From positions 1,056,001 to 1,120,000 of the forward strand of contig OZ242221.1 in the NCBI GenBank assembly GCA_965206845.1: 64,000 bases of DNA. The letters are read 5' to 3'. How positions within the stretch are numbered: position 1 is the stretch's first letter; each line of letters opens with the position of its first letter. Shown one piece after another: positions 47,331-56,719 of the stretch. The stretch is from Cenarchaeum sp. Its GTDB lineage: Archaea > Thermoproteota > Nitrososphaeria > Nitrososphaerales > Nitrosopumilaceae. The notes under the pieces were generated by a model. The model ran no database searches, had not been told where the DNA came from, and saw only the letters and a list, made by a program, of their open reading frames with translations. The position numbers and the translations under genes were made by a program.

Positions 47331-49127
47331 ATGAAGTACGGAATCACCGGCGTGTTTGCTCTTGCAGTAATTGTGGCCGGTACCATGGGCGTCGGCGCGT
47401 ACGCGCAGGACGGCTCCGATTCCGGACTGTCCGGGGAGATCCGCCTTGGCTTGATCACGCCGCTCTCGGGCGACGTGGCCCAGTACGGGGAGGAGAACCT
47501 GGCGGCAACAAACCTTGCCGTAGATGACTTTAACAAGTACCTTGCCGACAAGGATGCCGGCTGGTCAATTGAACTTACGATAGAGGACTCGCAGACGCTT
47601 CCCACAGCAGCGCTGGAGAAGATCCAGTCGCTGCGCGCCAAGGGCATAAGCATAGTGCTCGGGCCCTGGTCCAGCGCGTCGCTGCAGAACGTAAAGGGGT
47701 ACGCCGACTCCAACGAGATGCTGCTGTTCAGCTGCTGCTCCACATCACCGCTCATTGCCATCTCCGGGGACTCCGTCTTTAGGATGTCACCGGACGACTC
47801 CAACCAGGGCACCGCAATAAGCAAGCTCTTCGATGACGCCGGAATCGAGGTCATGGTGCCGGTATGGCGCGAGGACGCATGGGGAACCGGACTCCAGGAC
47901 GCCTCACGGCTGTCATTTGAGTCCCGGGGCGGCATAGTCGACGATGGCTTGGGCTACAACCCGGAGGTCAGCGAGTTCTCAGTCGAGGCCTCAATCCTGG
48001 CAGACACCGTGCAGGGATATGTTAATGATCACGGCGCCGACAAGGTGGGCGTGCTGTACGTCGGGTTCGGCGAGGTGCTTCTGTTCATGCAGGCCGCATC
48101 AGACTACGAGGTGCTCGGCGACGTAAGGTGGTTCGGCAGCGACGCCAACACAAAGGAGTCAAAGCTGGTGGAGGACTCCATCGGACTCGGGTTTGTGACT
48201 GACACAATGTACACCACCGTGCAGGTGGCATCAGGCAAGAACGATCTCAGCCAGTATGTCGACAGCTCCCTGAATGAGAGCATCGGACGGATACCAAGCA
48301 CCTACGCAAGCTCCGCATACGACATGATGTGGCTGATGGGACTGACTATAGAGAGGGAGCAGAGCACCGATGTTGCGGTGCTGACCGCGGCGATACCCGA
48401 GGTTGCAGAGGAGTATGTTGGGGCCTTGGGCTCCTCGCGCCTCAATGACGCAGGCGACCTGGCCCAGACAAACTACGACGTCTGGGACATAAGGGACGGC
48501 TCATGGACGCTGGCCGGGACGTACTTTTCGGCATCAGACACCATAGAGTTTGAGGGCGCCATGATGGACGATGCCATGAAGGACGACGAGATGATGGATG
48601 ATGCCATGAAGGACGACGAGATGATGGATGATGCCATGAAGGACGACGAGATGATGGATGATGCCATGAAGGACGACGAGATGATGGATGATGCCATGAA
48701 GGACGACGAGATGATGGATGACGAGACTGACGAAGCCACGCCTTCCGGCGGCGGATGCCTGATTGCGACCGCCGCATACGGCAGTGAGCTTGCACCGCAG
48801 GTCCAGTTCCTGCGTGAGATCAGGGACAACACGTTGCTCTCGACTGACTCTGGGACGTCATTCATGACGGGCTTCAACCAGTTCTACTACTCGTTCTCCC
48901 CTGCTGTTGCAGACCTTGAGCGCGAGAACGCCATGTTCAGGGACGCCGTGAGGGTGGCGATAACGCCTGGACTGTACACGCTGAACATAATGACGCTTGC
49001 GGACCAGAACTCTGACGCCTCGGTCATCGCATTTGGCCTACTCGCGATTGCCGCCATGGCAGGCATCTACGTGGCAGGACCGGTCCTGACGGTACACGCC
49101 ATCCGCAAAAGAGCAAGGCGCGCATAA
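47331..49127 (+). CDS. Branched-chain amino acid ABC-type substrate-binding protein with acidic repeat linker and CFI-box-CTERM-like anchor
   Basis: Signal peptide, LivK-type PLSG..G / FRMSPDD / AYD; C-terminal GGGCLIATAAYGSELAPQVQFLRE.RD...FN.FYY.FSP + TM helix. Confidence 0.88.
   Translation: MKYGITGVFALAVIVAGTMGVGAYAQDGSDSGLSGEIRLGLITPLSGDVAQYGEENLAATNLAVDDFNKYLADKDAGWSIELTIEDSQTLPTAALEKIQSLRAKGISIVLGPWSSASLQNVKGYADSNEMLLFSCCSTSPLIAISGDSVFRMSPDDSNQGTAISKLFDDAGIEVMVPVWREDAWGTGLQDASRLSFESRGGIVDDGLGYNPEVSEFSVEASILADTVQGYVNDHGADKVGVLYVGFGEVLLFMQAASDYEVLGDVRWFGSDANTKESKLVEDSIGLGFVTDTMYTTVQVASGKNDLSQYVDSSLNESIGRIPSTYASSAYDMMWLMGLTIEREQSTDVAVLTAAIPEVAEEYVGALGSSRLNDAGDLAQTNYDVWDIRDGSWTLAGTYFSASDTIEFEGAMMDDAMKDDEMMDDAMKDDEMMDDAMKDDEMMDDAMKDDEMMDDAMKDDEMMDDETDEATPSGGGCLIATAAYGSELAPQVQFLREIRDNTLLSTDSGTSFMTGFNQFYYSFSPAVADLERENAMFRDAVRVAITPGLYTLNIMTLADQNSDASVIAFGLLAIAAMAGIYVAGPVLTVHAIRKRARRA
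48561..48720 (+). repeat. 30-bp tandem repeat, ~5.3 copies, encoding (MMDDAMKDDE)n
   Basis: ATGATGGA(C/T)GATGCCATGAAGGACGACGAG repeated in frame. Confidence 0.97.
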
Positions 49128-49436
49128 CATCCCACAGGCGCCAGCAGCAGTAGATACCTTCTAGTGCCATTGCCAAACTCGATCCGCACGCAAGAGAGGA
49201 AATGCGCACCAATCAGGACTGGGATATCTGCGGGGATCTGTTGGCGTGTCTGCTTGTACATGCTTGAGCACCATGGCGGCCACACGTCGGCCTTTTAGCC
49301 TGCATGCCGTGCGGCGTACCGGCTTTGGCGGATCGCTTCAGACATGGGTCAGGGTGGCAGTACGCGGAGAGGGCTGCCCGGCCTGCCGTCTGTAACCAAA
49401 ATCAAATATTGGATGACCGCGCAAGAGTTGTAGAAG

Positions 49437-50315
49437 ATGCTGGATTACAACTACCCGCTGTACAGGCCGCCCTCGGAAGCCCGATCTCTGATCTTTCAGG
49501 TTACCTTGGGGTGCTCGTTTAACCAGTGCTCCTTTTGTGACATGTATCGCTCCAAGGAGTATGTGGAGCGACCCTGGGAGGAGGTAAGGCAGGAGATCGA
49601 CATTATGGCAGAGCGCGCCCCGCAGACCCGGAGGGTCTTTCTTGCCGATGGCGACGCGCTTAACCTGTCCACCGAGTACATGATCAAGATTGTGCGGTAT
49701 GTCAGGGACAAGTTTCCCGCCATCGAGCGGGTCTCGTGCTACGCCATGCCCATGAACGTGCTCAAAAAGAGCGCGCAGGAGCTCCAGGATATGAGGCTTG
49801 CCGGACTGGACATGCTGTACCTGGGGGTTGAGAGCGGCTCTGATCTCATACTGCGAAAGGTCACCAAGGGCGCGGTGGCAGATACCATCGTCCGGTCGGT
49901 AAAGAAGGCAAAGGATGCGGGGTATGTGATGTCGTGCATGATAATACTGGGTCTGGGAGGAAAGACGCACTCCAAGGAGCACATACGGGGCACCGCCAAG
50001 GTGATAAGCGCCGCATCGCCCCACTATGTGGGGGCGCTCACGCTGTATCTGGAGAATGGAATCAAGGAAGAGTTTCTCACAAAGTTTGGCGAGGCATTCA
50101 TTCCCATATCGGATTCGGAGGCCTTGGAGGAGCTTGAGGATCTGATATCGCAGATCGACGCGGGGGACGAGATCGTGTTCCGGGCAAACCACGGCTCAAA
50201 CGCATACATGGTTAGGGGTACGTTTCCCCAGGACAAGCAGGCCATGCTGGAGCAGGTTGCATACGGGAGGCAGCATCCGGAGATCGTGCGGCCCAAGGGC
50301 CTTCGTGGATTCTAG
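49437..50315 (+). CDS. Radical SAM protein
   Basis: YRPPSE, GCSFNQCSFC (CxxxCxxC), FLADGD, GVESG, NH.SN. Confidence 0.9.
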   Translation: MLDYNYPLYRPPSEARSLIFQVTLGCSFNQCSFCDMYRSKEYVERPWEEVRQEIDIMAERAPQTRRVFLADGDALNLSTEYMIKIVRYVRDKFPAIERVSCYAMPMNVLKKSAQELQDMRLAGLDMLYLGVESGSDLILRKVTKGAVADTIVRSVKKAKDAGYVMSCMIILGLGGKTHSKEHIRGTAKVISAASPHYVGALTLYLENGIKEEFLTKFGEAFIPISDSEALEELEDLISQIDAGDEIVFRANHGSNAYMVRGTFPQDKQAMLEQVAYGRQHPEIVRPKGLRGF

Positions 50316-50368
50316 TTCGTCCCAAATGTATCCTGATGCGCGCTAAGGCAAAAGGCCGCCTGCCGGTC

Positions 50369-50788
50369 CTAGACCATCTCAAGGGAGCTATGGTACACGA
50401 CCTTGAATATGGTGACCTGATAGTGGCCCTCAAAGATGTTGATGACCACGCCGTCATGCACGTTCCTTACCCTGAACTTGTACTCGTACTCGCCAGCCTC
50501 ATTGACATCTGTCTGCGCAAAGTGCACCGCGCTTCCGTCAAGCTCGTGTATCTGAATGATTACAGGATAGCCAGCAACGTGGTTCGCGATCTTTCCTTTT
50601 ACATATGCCCAGGGAAGAGTGTTGTCCTCAGGGGCATAAAAGAGTAGGCGGGTCTTCTCGATGGCCGTGCTGCCATCAAGCGGAATCATCTCCGTGTCCG
50701 GCAGTTGTCCGTCGTCTGCTGATGCAGAGGTGGCCCCTATGTACAGTGCTGCCAGGGTGAGCAGAGCTGCCGCCATTACCAGTCTCAT
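50369..50788 (-). CDS. Hypothetical secreted protein
   Basis: Signal peptide followed by a beta-rich domain. Confidence 0.7.
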   Translation of the reverse strand: MRLVMAAALLTLAALYIGATSASADDGQLPDTEMIPLDGSTAIEKTRLLFYAPEDNTLPWAYVKGKIANHVAGYPVIIQIHELDGSAVHFAQTDVNEAGEYEYKFRVRNVHDGVVINIFEGHYQVTIFKVVYHSSLEMV

Positions 50789-50963
50789 ACATGTGCTCTG
50801 CGATTCCCCATTAAAATATTTTGCCAGATTTGTATTGGCCATGCCTGCAAAAAAATCTGGAAGTAGCTGCGTTGGTTGCGTACCTGACTGGAGGATCCAT
50901 ACGATCCCCAACCCCGATCCGGGAGCCGCATGTGCCTGCCCCGCAGGGGTGACGTCGACCGGC

Positions 50964-51170
50964 CTACGTTGTCAGCTCTGGTTTTAGGGTCCAGACTGTC
51001 CCCAGAACCACAAACGGGATGGAGATGATTCCGATAATTCCAAGAATTGTGAAGAGGTGCGACTGGGACACGTCGGGATTGTTTACGATCCAGGGCAGGG
51101 GCAGCGACACCACAAACCAGATGCAGGCCAGCAGAATGATCAGTTTGACCTTTCCCTTCTTCTGCATCAT
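50964..51170 (-). CDS. Small two-TM membrane protein
   Basis: Two hydrophobic helices; TATA-like box upstream. Confidence 0.65.
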   Translation of the reverse strand: MMQKKGKVKLIILLACIWFVVSLPLPWIVNNPDVSQSHLFTILGIIGIISIPFVVLGTVWTLKPELTT

Positions 51171-51395
51171 GCCGTTTTAACCGCATACGCGCTATTTATT
51201 CAATTGCCGTCACGTGCCCTATGGGGCTGCCTGCCGCACTCTGCACCCGCAGGCAGCAGGCGCCTATAGCTAAGAGCATAAGTTCGTGTAGAACGCGGAC
51301 CAGCACCTATTGGAATCGTTCACAAATAGTCAAAAAAGCAGTGTATTTCACGAAGGATTTGATCCTATAATCAGATTCTTGAGCGCGCCAGCGTC

Positions 51396-51872
51396 TTACG
51401 GATTGCTTACACCCTGAACGAACTTTGTCGTGTCGCTATAGGGGCGGACGATCATTACGGTTACGGAGCCCAGCGTGTTCCCGTTGGGGTCGATCCAGAT
51501 GGTCACCTCGCGATCCTCTGTGAGATCCAGCTGCTTCTCTCCCAGGTAATCCCACGTAAAGTACCTGGCAGACTCTGTTCCCTGCTCCGTGCCTTCCAGC
51601 TCAAAGCGCTCTGAGAATAGTACCTCGTCACCGTCCAGTATGGTGATATCCAGGATCCGCGGCGAGTCCCCGCTGGGCACAAACCTGAGCTCGTAGGAGC
51701 CCTGTTCCATGTGGCTCTGATCCGAGAACAGCCCGTCTTGGTACAGGCTCGGGTCGGCCAGCCTAGCCTTGAAGAGTACCTGCGGTCCGTCCCGCGGCCC
51801 GCTGTCTGCATAGATCAGGACTGCCGCAAGAACGACTACGGCTGCAAGGACGGCGATAATGCCCCTTTTCAC
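51396..51872 (-). CDS. Hypothetical membrane-anchored protein
   Basis: N-terminal TM/signal segment, beta-rich body (FVPSGDSP, YFTWDY). Confidence 0.7.
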   Translation of the reverse strand: MKRGIIAVLAAVVVLAAVLIYADSGPRDGPQVLFKARLADPSLYQDGLFSDQSHMEQGSYELRFVPSGDSPRILDITILDGDEVLFSERFELEGTEQGTESARYFTWDYLGEKQLDLTEDREVTIWIDPNGNTLGSVTVMIVRPYSDTTKFVQGVSNP

Positions 51873-52135
51873 ACCTTCTGTTCCGCGCAGACGCAATTAA
51901 AGATTGGGCGGCCGGCCCCAGGAGCAGCAGTCTCACGGCTGCTATCTTCTGAATGCTTTGATCGGCGTACATAAGATTAATTCCCCCAGATCGCGCGACC
52001 GCAAGCGAGCCCCATGGCCGCCCAGGCGCGGCTCTGGGGTGAGCATGCCAGGCGGCCTTAGCTAGCAGTAATACTGTAACTAGTGAACCATATTTCACAC
52101 GAAAAATTAAGAACTAACTCCTGTATCTGCTGACA

Positions 52136-52786
52136 TTGACCAACTTCCAGAACAAATGGTCCAAGCCAGCGAGCCCAAGCATCGGAGACAAGATTGTAGA
52201 CACCTTCAGGCCTAGATCGCCCCTCAAGCCCAAGGTTCAGATGGCCATCGCAAGGCTGCAAAACCAGATTGCCAAGCTTGACGGAATGATACTCAAGCTG
52301 AATGAGCGTGACACTAAAATTTTCAAGCGGGTCGTGGATGCGACCCAGATTCACGACGCCGGATCGGCAAGGGTGTTCTCAAACGAGCTGGCGGAGATCC
52401 GCAAGGTCACCAAGGTGCTGGGAAACGCCAGGATGGCGCTGGAACAGATCGAGCTTCGGCTTACGACCGCAAACGACATAGGCGATACGGTAACCACCAT
52501 AGTGCCCACAATCGGCCTCATGAAGAACCTCAAGACCCAGCTGGGAGCGTTCATGCCCAGTGCGGATCAGGAGATCACGAACATGGCAGACATGCTGGGC
52601 GGCATAATGCAGGACACGTTCAGCGGTGACACGTCGTTTGGAATGGATGCCGTGGTGAGCGAGGAGTCCGAGGGCATCCTGAGGGAGGCGGCCGCCGTTG
52701 CAGAGACCTCGGCGGACAGCAAGTTTCCCAACACGCCTGCAGATACCGGCAAGGTCGCAAACCCCAACGACTCCAGATATATCTAG
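52136..52786 (+). CDS. ESCRT-III/Snf7-family protein (CdvB paralog)
   Basis: Helical hairpin with ERD...F..VV.A, A.VFSNELAEIRK, ALEQI.LRL.T and ILREA. Confidence 0.88.
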   Translation: MTNFQNKWSKPASPSIGDKIVDTFRPRSPLKPKVQMAIARLQNQIAKLDGMILKLNERDTKIFKRVVDATQIHDAGSARVFSNELAEIRKVTKVLGNARMALEQIELRLTTANDIGDTVTTIVPTIGLMKNLKTQLGAFMPSADQEITNMADMLGGIMQDTFSGDTSFGMDAVVSEESEGILREAAAVAETSADSKFPNTPADTGKVANPNDSRYI

Positions 52787-52856
52787 CGGCGATACCTGCG
52801 CCCGGCCACGCTGCACGAACTCAGACATATAAAACTGGTTTTAGTCCAAACCTCAG

Positions 52857-52930
52857 GCGGAGTTAGTCTAGCCCGGTATGACGTCAGCTTCCCAAGCTGA
52901 AGGCCGCGGGTTCAAGTCCCGCACTCCGCA
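52857..52930 (+). tRNA. tRNA-Gly(CCC)
   Basis: GCGGAGT/ACTCCGC acceptor, TCAGC-TTCCCAA-GCTGA anticodon arm; TATAAAA upstream. Confidence 0.96.
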
Positions 52931-52931
52931 C

Positions 52932-53891
52932 CTACATCTCCCTTAGGGCCGCCCTGATCGAGGCAGCGTCTGGCGCCCCCGGCGTCTGCTTGAGGTACGC
53001 CTCCAGGTCCTTCCGTGCACCGTCGGCATCTCCCTGCTCTAGGCGCACGATTCCGCGGTTCTTGTACGTCGGGCCGTACCGCGTCGCATTGATCGAGATC
53101 GCCTTGGTGTAGCACTCCTCTGCCTTTGCGTGCTGTTTGGTCTTCAGGTAGTAGTTTCCCAGTCCGCGGTACGCCAGATACGACCTCCCGTTCAGGCTGA
53201 TGCTCCTTTTGTAGTGTCCGACGCATTCCTGGGAGTTCTGCCCGTTGAGAATCCCTGCCAGAAGCGCATGCGCAGTGGAGTTTGAGCCGTCCAGCTCAAT
53301 GGCCTCCCTGAGGGATCCGACGGCGTCTTCTGGGCGCCTCAGCAGGTTCTGCCTCTCTGACTCAAAGCAGAGCCTGTTTGATCGCAAAAGCTCCTCGTCT
53401 GGCAGAGCCAGATCGGTAATCGTCTGAGGCGGCGCAACCAGGATCGCCAGCCTGCCGTCCTCTGACCACATCTCATCAAACCTCTTCTCCGGAATCACAC
53501 CCACTTGGTACTCGCCCTTGCTGTCTGCTTGGGGTATGTAGTGCATGACTGTGCCGTCCTCGTTGTTGTACCCCGATATGACCGATGCGTGCTGAATGGT
53601 GTTGTGGACTCCCGGCAGTATCACAACAGGTGGAATTCCGCAGTCTATGACCCGCTTCAGCTCGGCCAGGGACGAGTGCAGGATCGGGCACGCCAGTCCG
53701 TGCCTCTCTGCCAGCTCCACCCCCTCGATCAGTATGCTGCCGTCCACTGCGGGGTACCTTCGGGCGATCTCCGCTGCCTCTGCCATCGGAAGATCCACAT
53801 CCCAGTATCTCGATACGGCGTTGATCGCTAGGGGGAGGCAGACGTTCTCTTCGGACACCAGGGGCAGCAACAGGTCGTGATCCGATTCCAT
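52932..53891 (-). CDS. C39-like cysteine peptidase domain + TPR repeats
   Basis: ENVCLP (Cys) and QHASVI.GY (His); C-terminal TPR helices. Confidence 0.75.
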   Translation of the reverse strand: MESDHDLLLPLVSEENVCLPLAINAVSRYWDVDLPMAEAAEIARRYPAVDGSILIEGVELAERHGLACPILHSSLAELKRVIDCGIPPVVILPGVHNTIQHASVISGYNNEDGTVMHYIPQADSKGEYQVGVIPEKRFDEMWSEDGRLAILVAPPQTITDLALPDEELLRSNRLCFESERQNLLRRPEDAVGSLREAIELDGSNSTAHALLAGILNGQNSQECVGHYKRSISLNGRSYLAYRGLGNYYLKTKQHAKAEECYTKAISINATRYGPTYKNRGIVRLEQGDADGARKDLEAYLKQTPGAPDAASIRAALREM

Positions 53892-54301
53892 GCATGGGAT
53901 GCCCTGCAGAGTTGTTAAAAACGTTCAGGGTGCCGCTCCCCAAAACTCGGACACATGCCAGCAGCTGGCCGCCATGCGGCAGGCCATATGTTGCCGGATG
54001 ACGCACGACGGCCTTTGACGTATGGGGCCATGGCAATCTGATCATCCGGAGCTCGTAATCCGGCCAGCCGTCGAATCCCACGAGGTTTGGGATGCTGTCT
54101 TACCGATGCACTCAGATCCCGGGACCGCCCCTGGCGCCTTCATGGCGCCTGTCGCCGAGAAAATGCACAGCATGATCAGACACGACGGCTCCGCAAGTAC
54201 CGGCAGGCCAAATCCGGAGATGGGCGCAGGATGCTCGGATCCGGACACAGGTTCGTGCCCAATGCAAGCACGAGGTTGATGCGCGTAGTGCGGATTAACG
54301 G

Positions 54302-54622
54302 TTATTTCGGTTTAGCGAGTTGCTCTGCATGGTCATAGCCCTTTGTAATCCATCTCATGGCGGTGCCGATTGTTGTCTGTTTGGAGTCTAGTTCAATCCA
54401 TCCCATTTTGGCTCCATGGGAAAAGGGTCCGATTGCCTTGTTTTTTATTGCAAGTTCCTGTTGATCCTTGGGGAGTCGTATTATGACCTGAAAATTGTTC
54501 TTGTTGCTAAACCCCACAAAAAATTTCCTGGAGATTGAAAAACACTGATAGCCAAACATGGGTCTGGTTGTCACGTTTTCCATGTCTTCAACCTTGGCTT
54601 TGATTGGATCATAACTGTTCAA
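54302..54622 (-). CDS. TfoX N-terminal-like protein
   Basis: RPMFG...KFF, PFSHGAKMGW, W...Y pattern; visibly lower GC than its neighbours. Confidence 0.65.
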   Translation of the reverse strand: MNSYDPIKAKVEDMENVTTRPMFGYQCFSISRKFFVGFSNKNNFQVIIRLPKDQQELAIKNKAIGPFSHGAKMGWIELDSKQTTIGTAMRWITKGYDHAEQLAKPK

Positions 54623-54964
54623 TGGCGCTCACTTTGGATCAGAGCTTGCGTTCGAGACCTGCATGTAGGGAGCACGACGGTTTCTCTCAACTTGCATCTG
54701 CAGCAACATTATGCAAGCGTTGTGCCAGTAAATAATGCTTCTGACGGGCGAGGTTCTCTCCGAAACTCGGGCGCAGACCTACGCCGACTGCCTACACGCT
54801 GTTCAAGTACTTCCCGACAGCGCGCGAACAGCCTCTGACGCACGCCGGTACATACGCGGCCGTAATCTTTCACAGACGCGATTGTGGCAGCACCCGGGAC
54901 AGGTGGGCTTTCGGACATTATGCTGCCCGCCTGTTGTGAACCGGCCAGTTGCGGCGCCCGCAGT

Positions 54965-56376
54965 CTATGCGCAAAATGCCGCCGCGTGCCGTATCAGTGC
55001 GAACCACTTGTTACACCCGTCTATTGTGGCGCCAGCTGCCTCCGCAGGCGTTCTGCCGCCGAGGCCGCTGTGGGGGCGCACGAAGCTGTGATACACGATC
55101 AGCAGACGGAAGAGGGCCGGATCTTTTGAGCTGAAGCCGCGTATGCGCGCTATGCGATCCTTGATCTCTCCGTTGAAGCGCTCGTACGGGTTGCTTGTGG
55201 CGTGCCTGTAGTGTATGCCCACGTCGGAGATGTGGTAAGGCGGGGTGTTGTGTTCGTATACATCACATCAGTAATCCCAGATGTGCCAGATCTAGCACCT
55301 GTGAGAGTTTAGATCACCTCCACCATGCCCATGAAGAGTTCAATTTGGCATGGGTCAAACCCTCGTATTCTGTCGTATGCGTCGTCATTTGTGTCTAAAC
55401 CTACATGAAATGGCCAAAAATATCTGAGTGGGACCAGCCCCTCACTCAGTCAAATGGTGGCGACTTAACCTCTTACTGGCACATCTGGGATTACTGCACA
55501 TGCCTGTACCCCTTCTCAAATCCCGCAAGGCCGTCGCTTATGGGGACGTCTGGGCGCCCTCCCGCGGTGGCTACCGCGTCCCTGAACAGGCCAGTGGCAT
55601 CGTAGCCGAACTTGATCCTTGAGAAGTCATACGCGACTATCTGTCTTGTCTCTGCGTCCATTACCCCGAACATCCACATTGACTCTCCCTGCGATTTGAA
55701 GTGGATCCCGTCCACATGCCATGTATGCCACACCGGTATCCCCGCCTTCTTGTGGAACCTTTCGATGATCCGGCCGTAATCACTGATCCATTGATGCACG
55801 GTGGATTTGCTGATCTTGATCCCATTCTTCGCCATTCCTTCTACGATCTTGGCCGGGGAGATGCCTGCGGCGCAATCCTGAAGCGCATCCGTGATTACGT
55901 GTGGCGGAAAGTGTTTGCCCACAAAGCCGGGGTTGTGCGTGAACCGTCTTTTGCAGTTCCTACACCGGTACCGGCTTACCTTCCAGCCCTGGTTCCTGCG
56001 CACCTCGCACTCGTAGCAGTCCTTGCTACGGCAGAACCTGCACGCCACGTCGGGCTCCCTGATCAGCATCTCCTCGAGCCCGTCGTCTGCGAGTCTTCGC
56101 TCCCTCATGACCATCCCGGCTACGGCTCTGATGTGTTTGCATCTCCTGTCGCCATGAATGTGGTATGGGCAGGAGCACTGCTAACCCCTCTCCCCGAACG
56201 TCACGTCGTAGTATGTATGGATGACTGACTGGGACGACACGCGGTACCGCATGGAGCCGATATCTAGGATCACGCCGTTCTGGATGGTCTCCTCGGCATG
56301 CGCGTTCAACAGCGATACGGCAGATCCGCTTCCGCGTCCCTTCTTCCTTGCTATGGCAGGCCTGCCGGTTGGCCAT
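54965..56376 (-). pseudogene. IS6-family DDE transposase pseudogene (SWIM + Zn ribbon + DDE)
   Basis: CSCPYH...RCKH (in-frame TAG at 56181-56183), CRFC...CRNC, WHVD, SDG, NPYERFNG.IKDR, Y.SFVRPH.GL.G.TPAE; frameshifts and a MITE insertion. Confidence 0.85.
55269..55496. mobile_element. 228-bp MITE, copy 1
   Basis: 21-bp TIRs CAGTAATCCCAGATGTGCCAG; 5-bp target duplication CACAT (55264-55268 and 55497-55501). Confidence 0.92.
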
Positions 56377-56434
56377 ATTTTGATCTTTCCAATTGGTTAA
56401 ATCTATAAATCGGTGAAAGACAGACCAACGCCAG

Positions 56435-56611
56435 ATGACCACCTGGCAGAAGGATGCGAAAGAGTTTACCGTATCCGTAATCCAAAACCGGAAGAGACGT
56501 ACCAGCTACAGCTACATACCGAAGCCCATACTGCAGATGCTGAACAATCCCGACGCCCTCAAGTTCACCGTGCGCGATGGCTATATCGAGGTGGGGCGAT
56601 CCAACGAATGA
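56435..56611 (+). CDS. AbrB/MazE-like small DNA-binding protein (58 aa) inside IS6
   Basis: MTTWQKDAKEFTVSVIQNRKRRTSYSYIPKPILQMLNNPDALKFTVRDGYIEVGRSNE; a paralogous fragment at 61603-61708 keeps the same reading frame. Confidence 0.7.
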   Translation: MTTWQKDAKEFTVSVIQNRKRRTSYSYIPKPILQMLNNPDALKFTVRDGYIEVGRSNE

Positions 56612-56719
56612 CTTGGTGGGTTGCGCCCGAGTTTCGGAGAGAACCGAGGCGCCGTTAACTTTACAGTCCCCGGGCGCCGAAAAGGTTAGGTGTAAGAACG
56701 CGTCACCACAGTCCGTGAG

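Larger units (their letters stand above)
54752..56645 (-). mobile_element. IS6-family element (degraded) with passenger ORF, interrupted by a MITE
   Basis: Perfect 24-bp TIRs GGTTCTCTCCGAAACTCGGGCGCA (54752-54775 and 56622-56645). Confidence 0.85.

Noticed and set aside
48561-48720. 30-bp repeats as a CRISPR array
   Set aside because: Units are head-to-tail with no spacers and lie in frame inside a CDS; no cas genes are present in the window.
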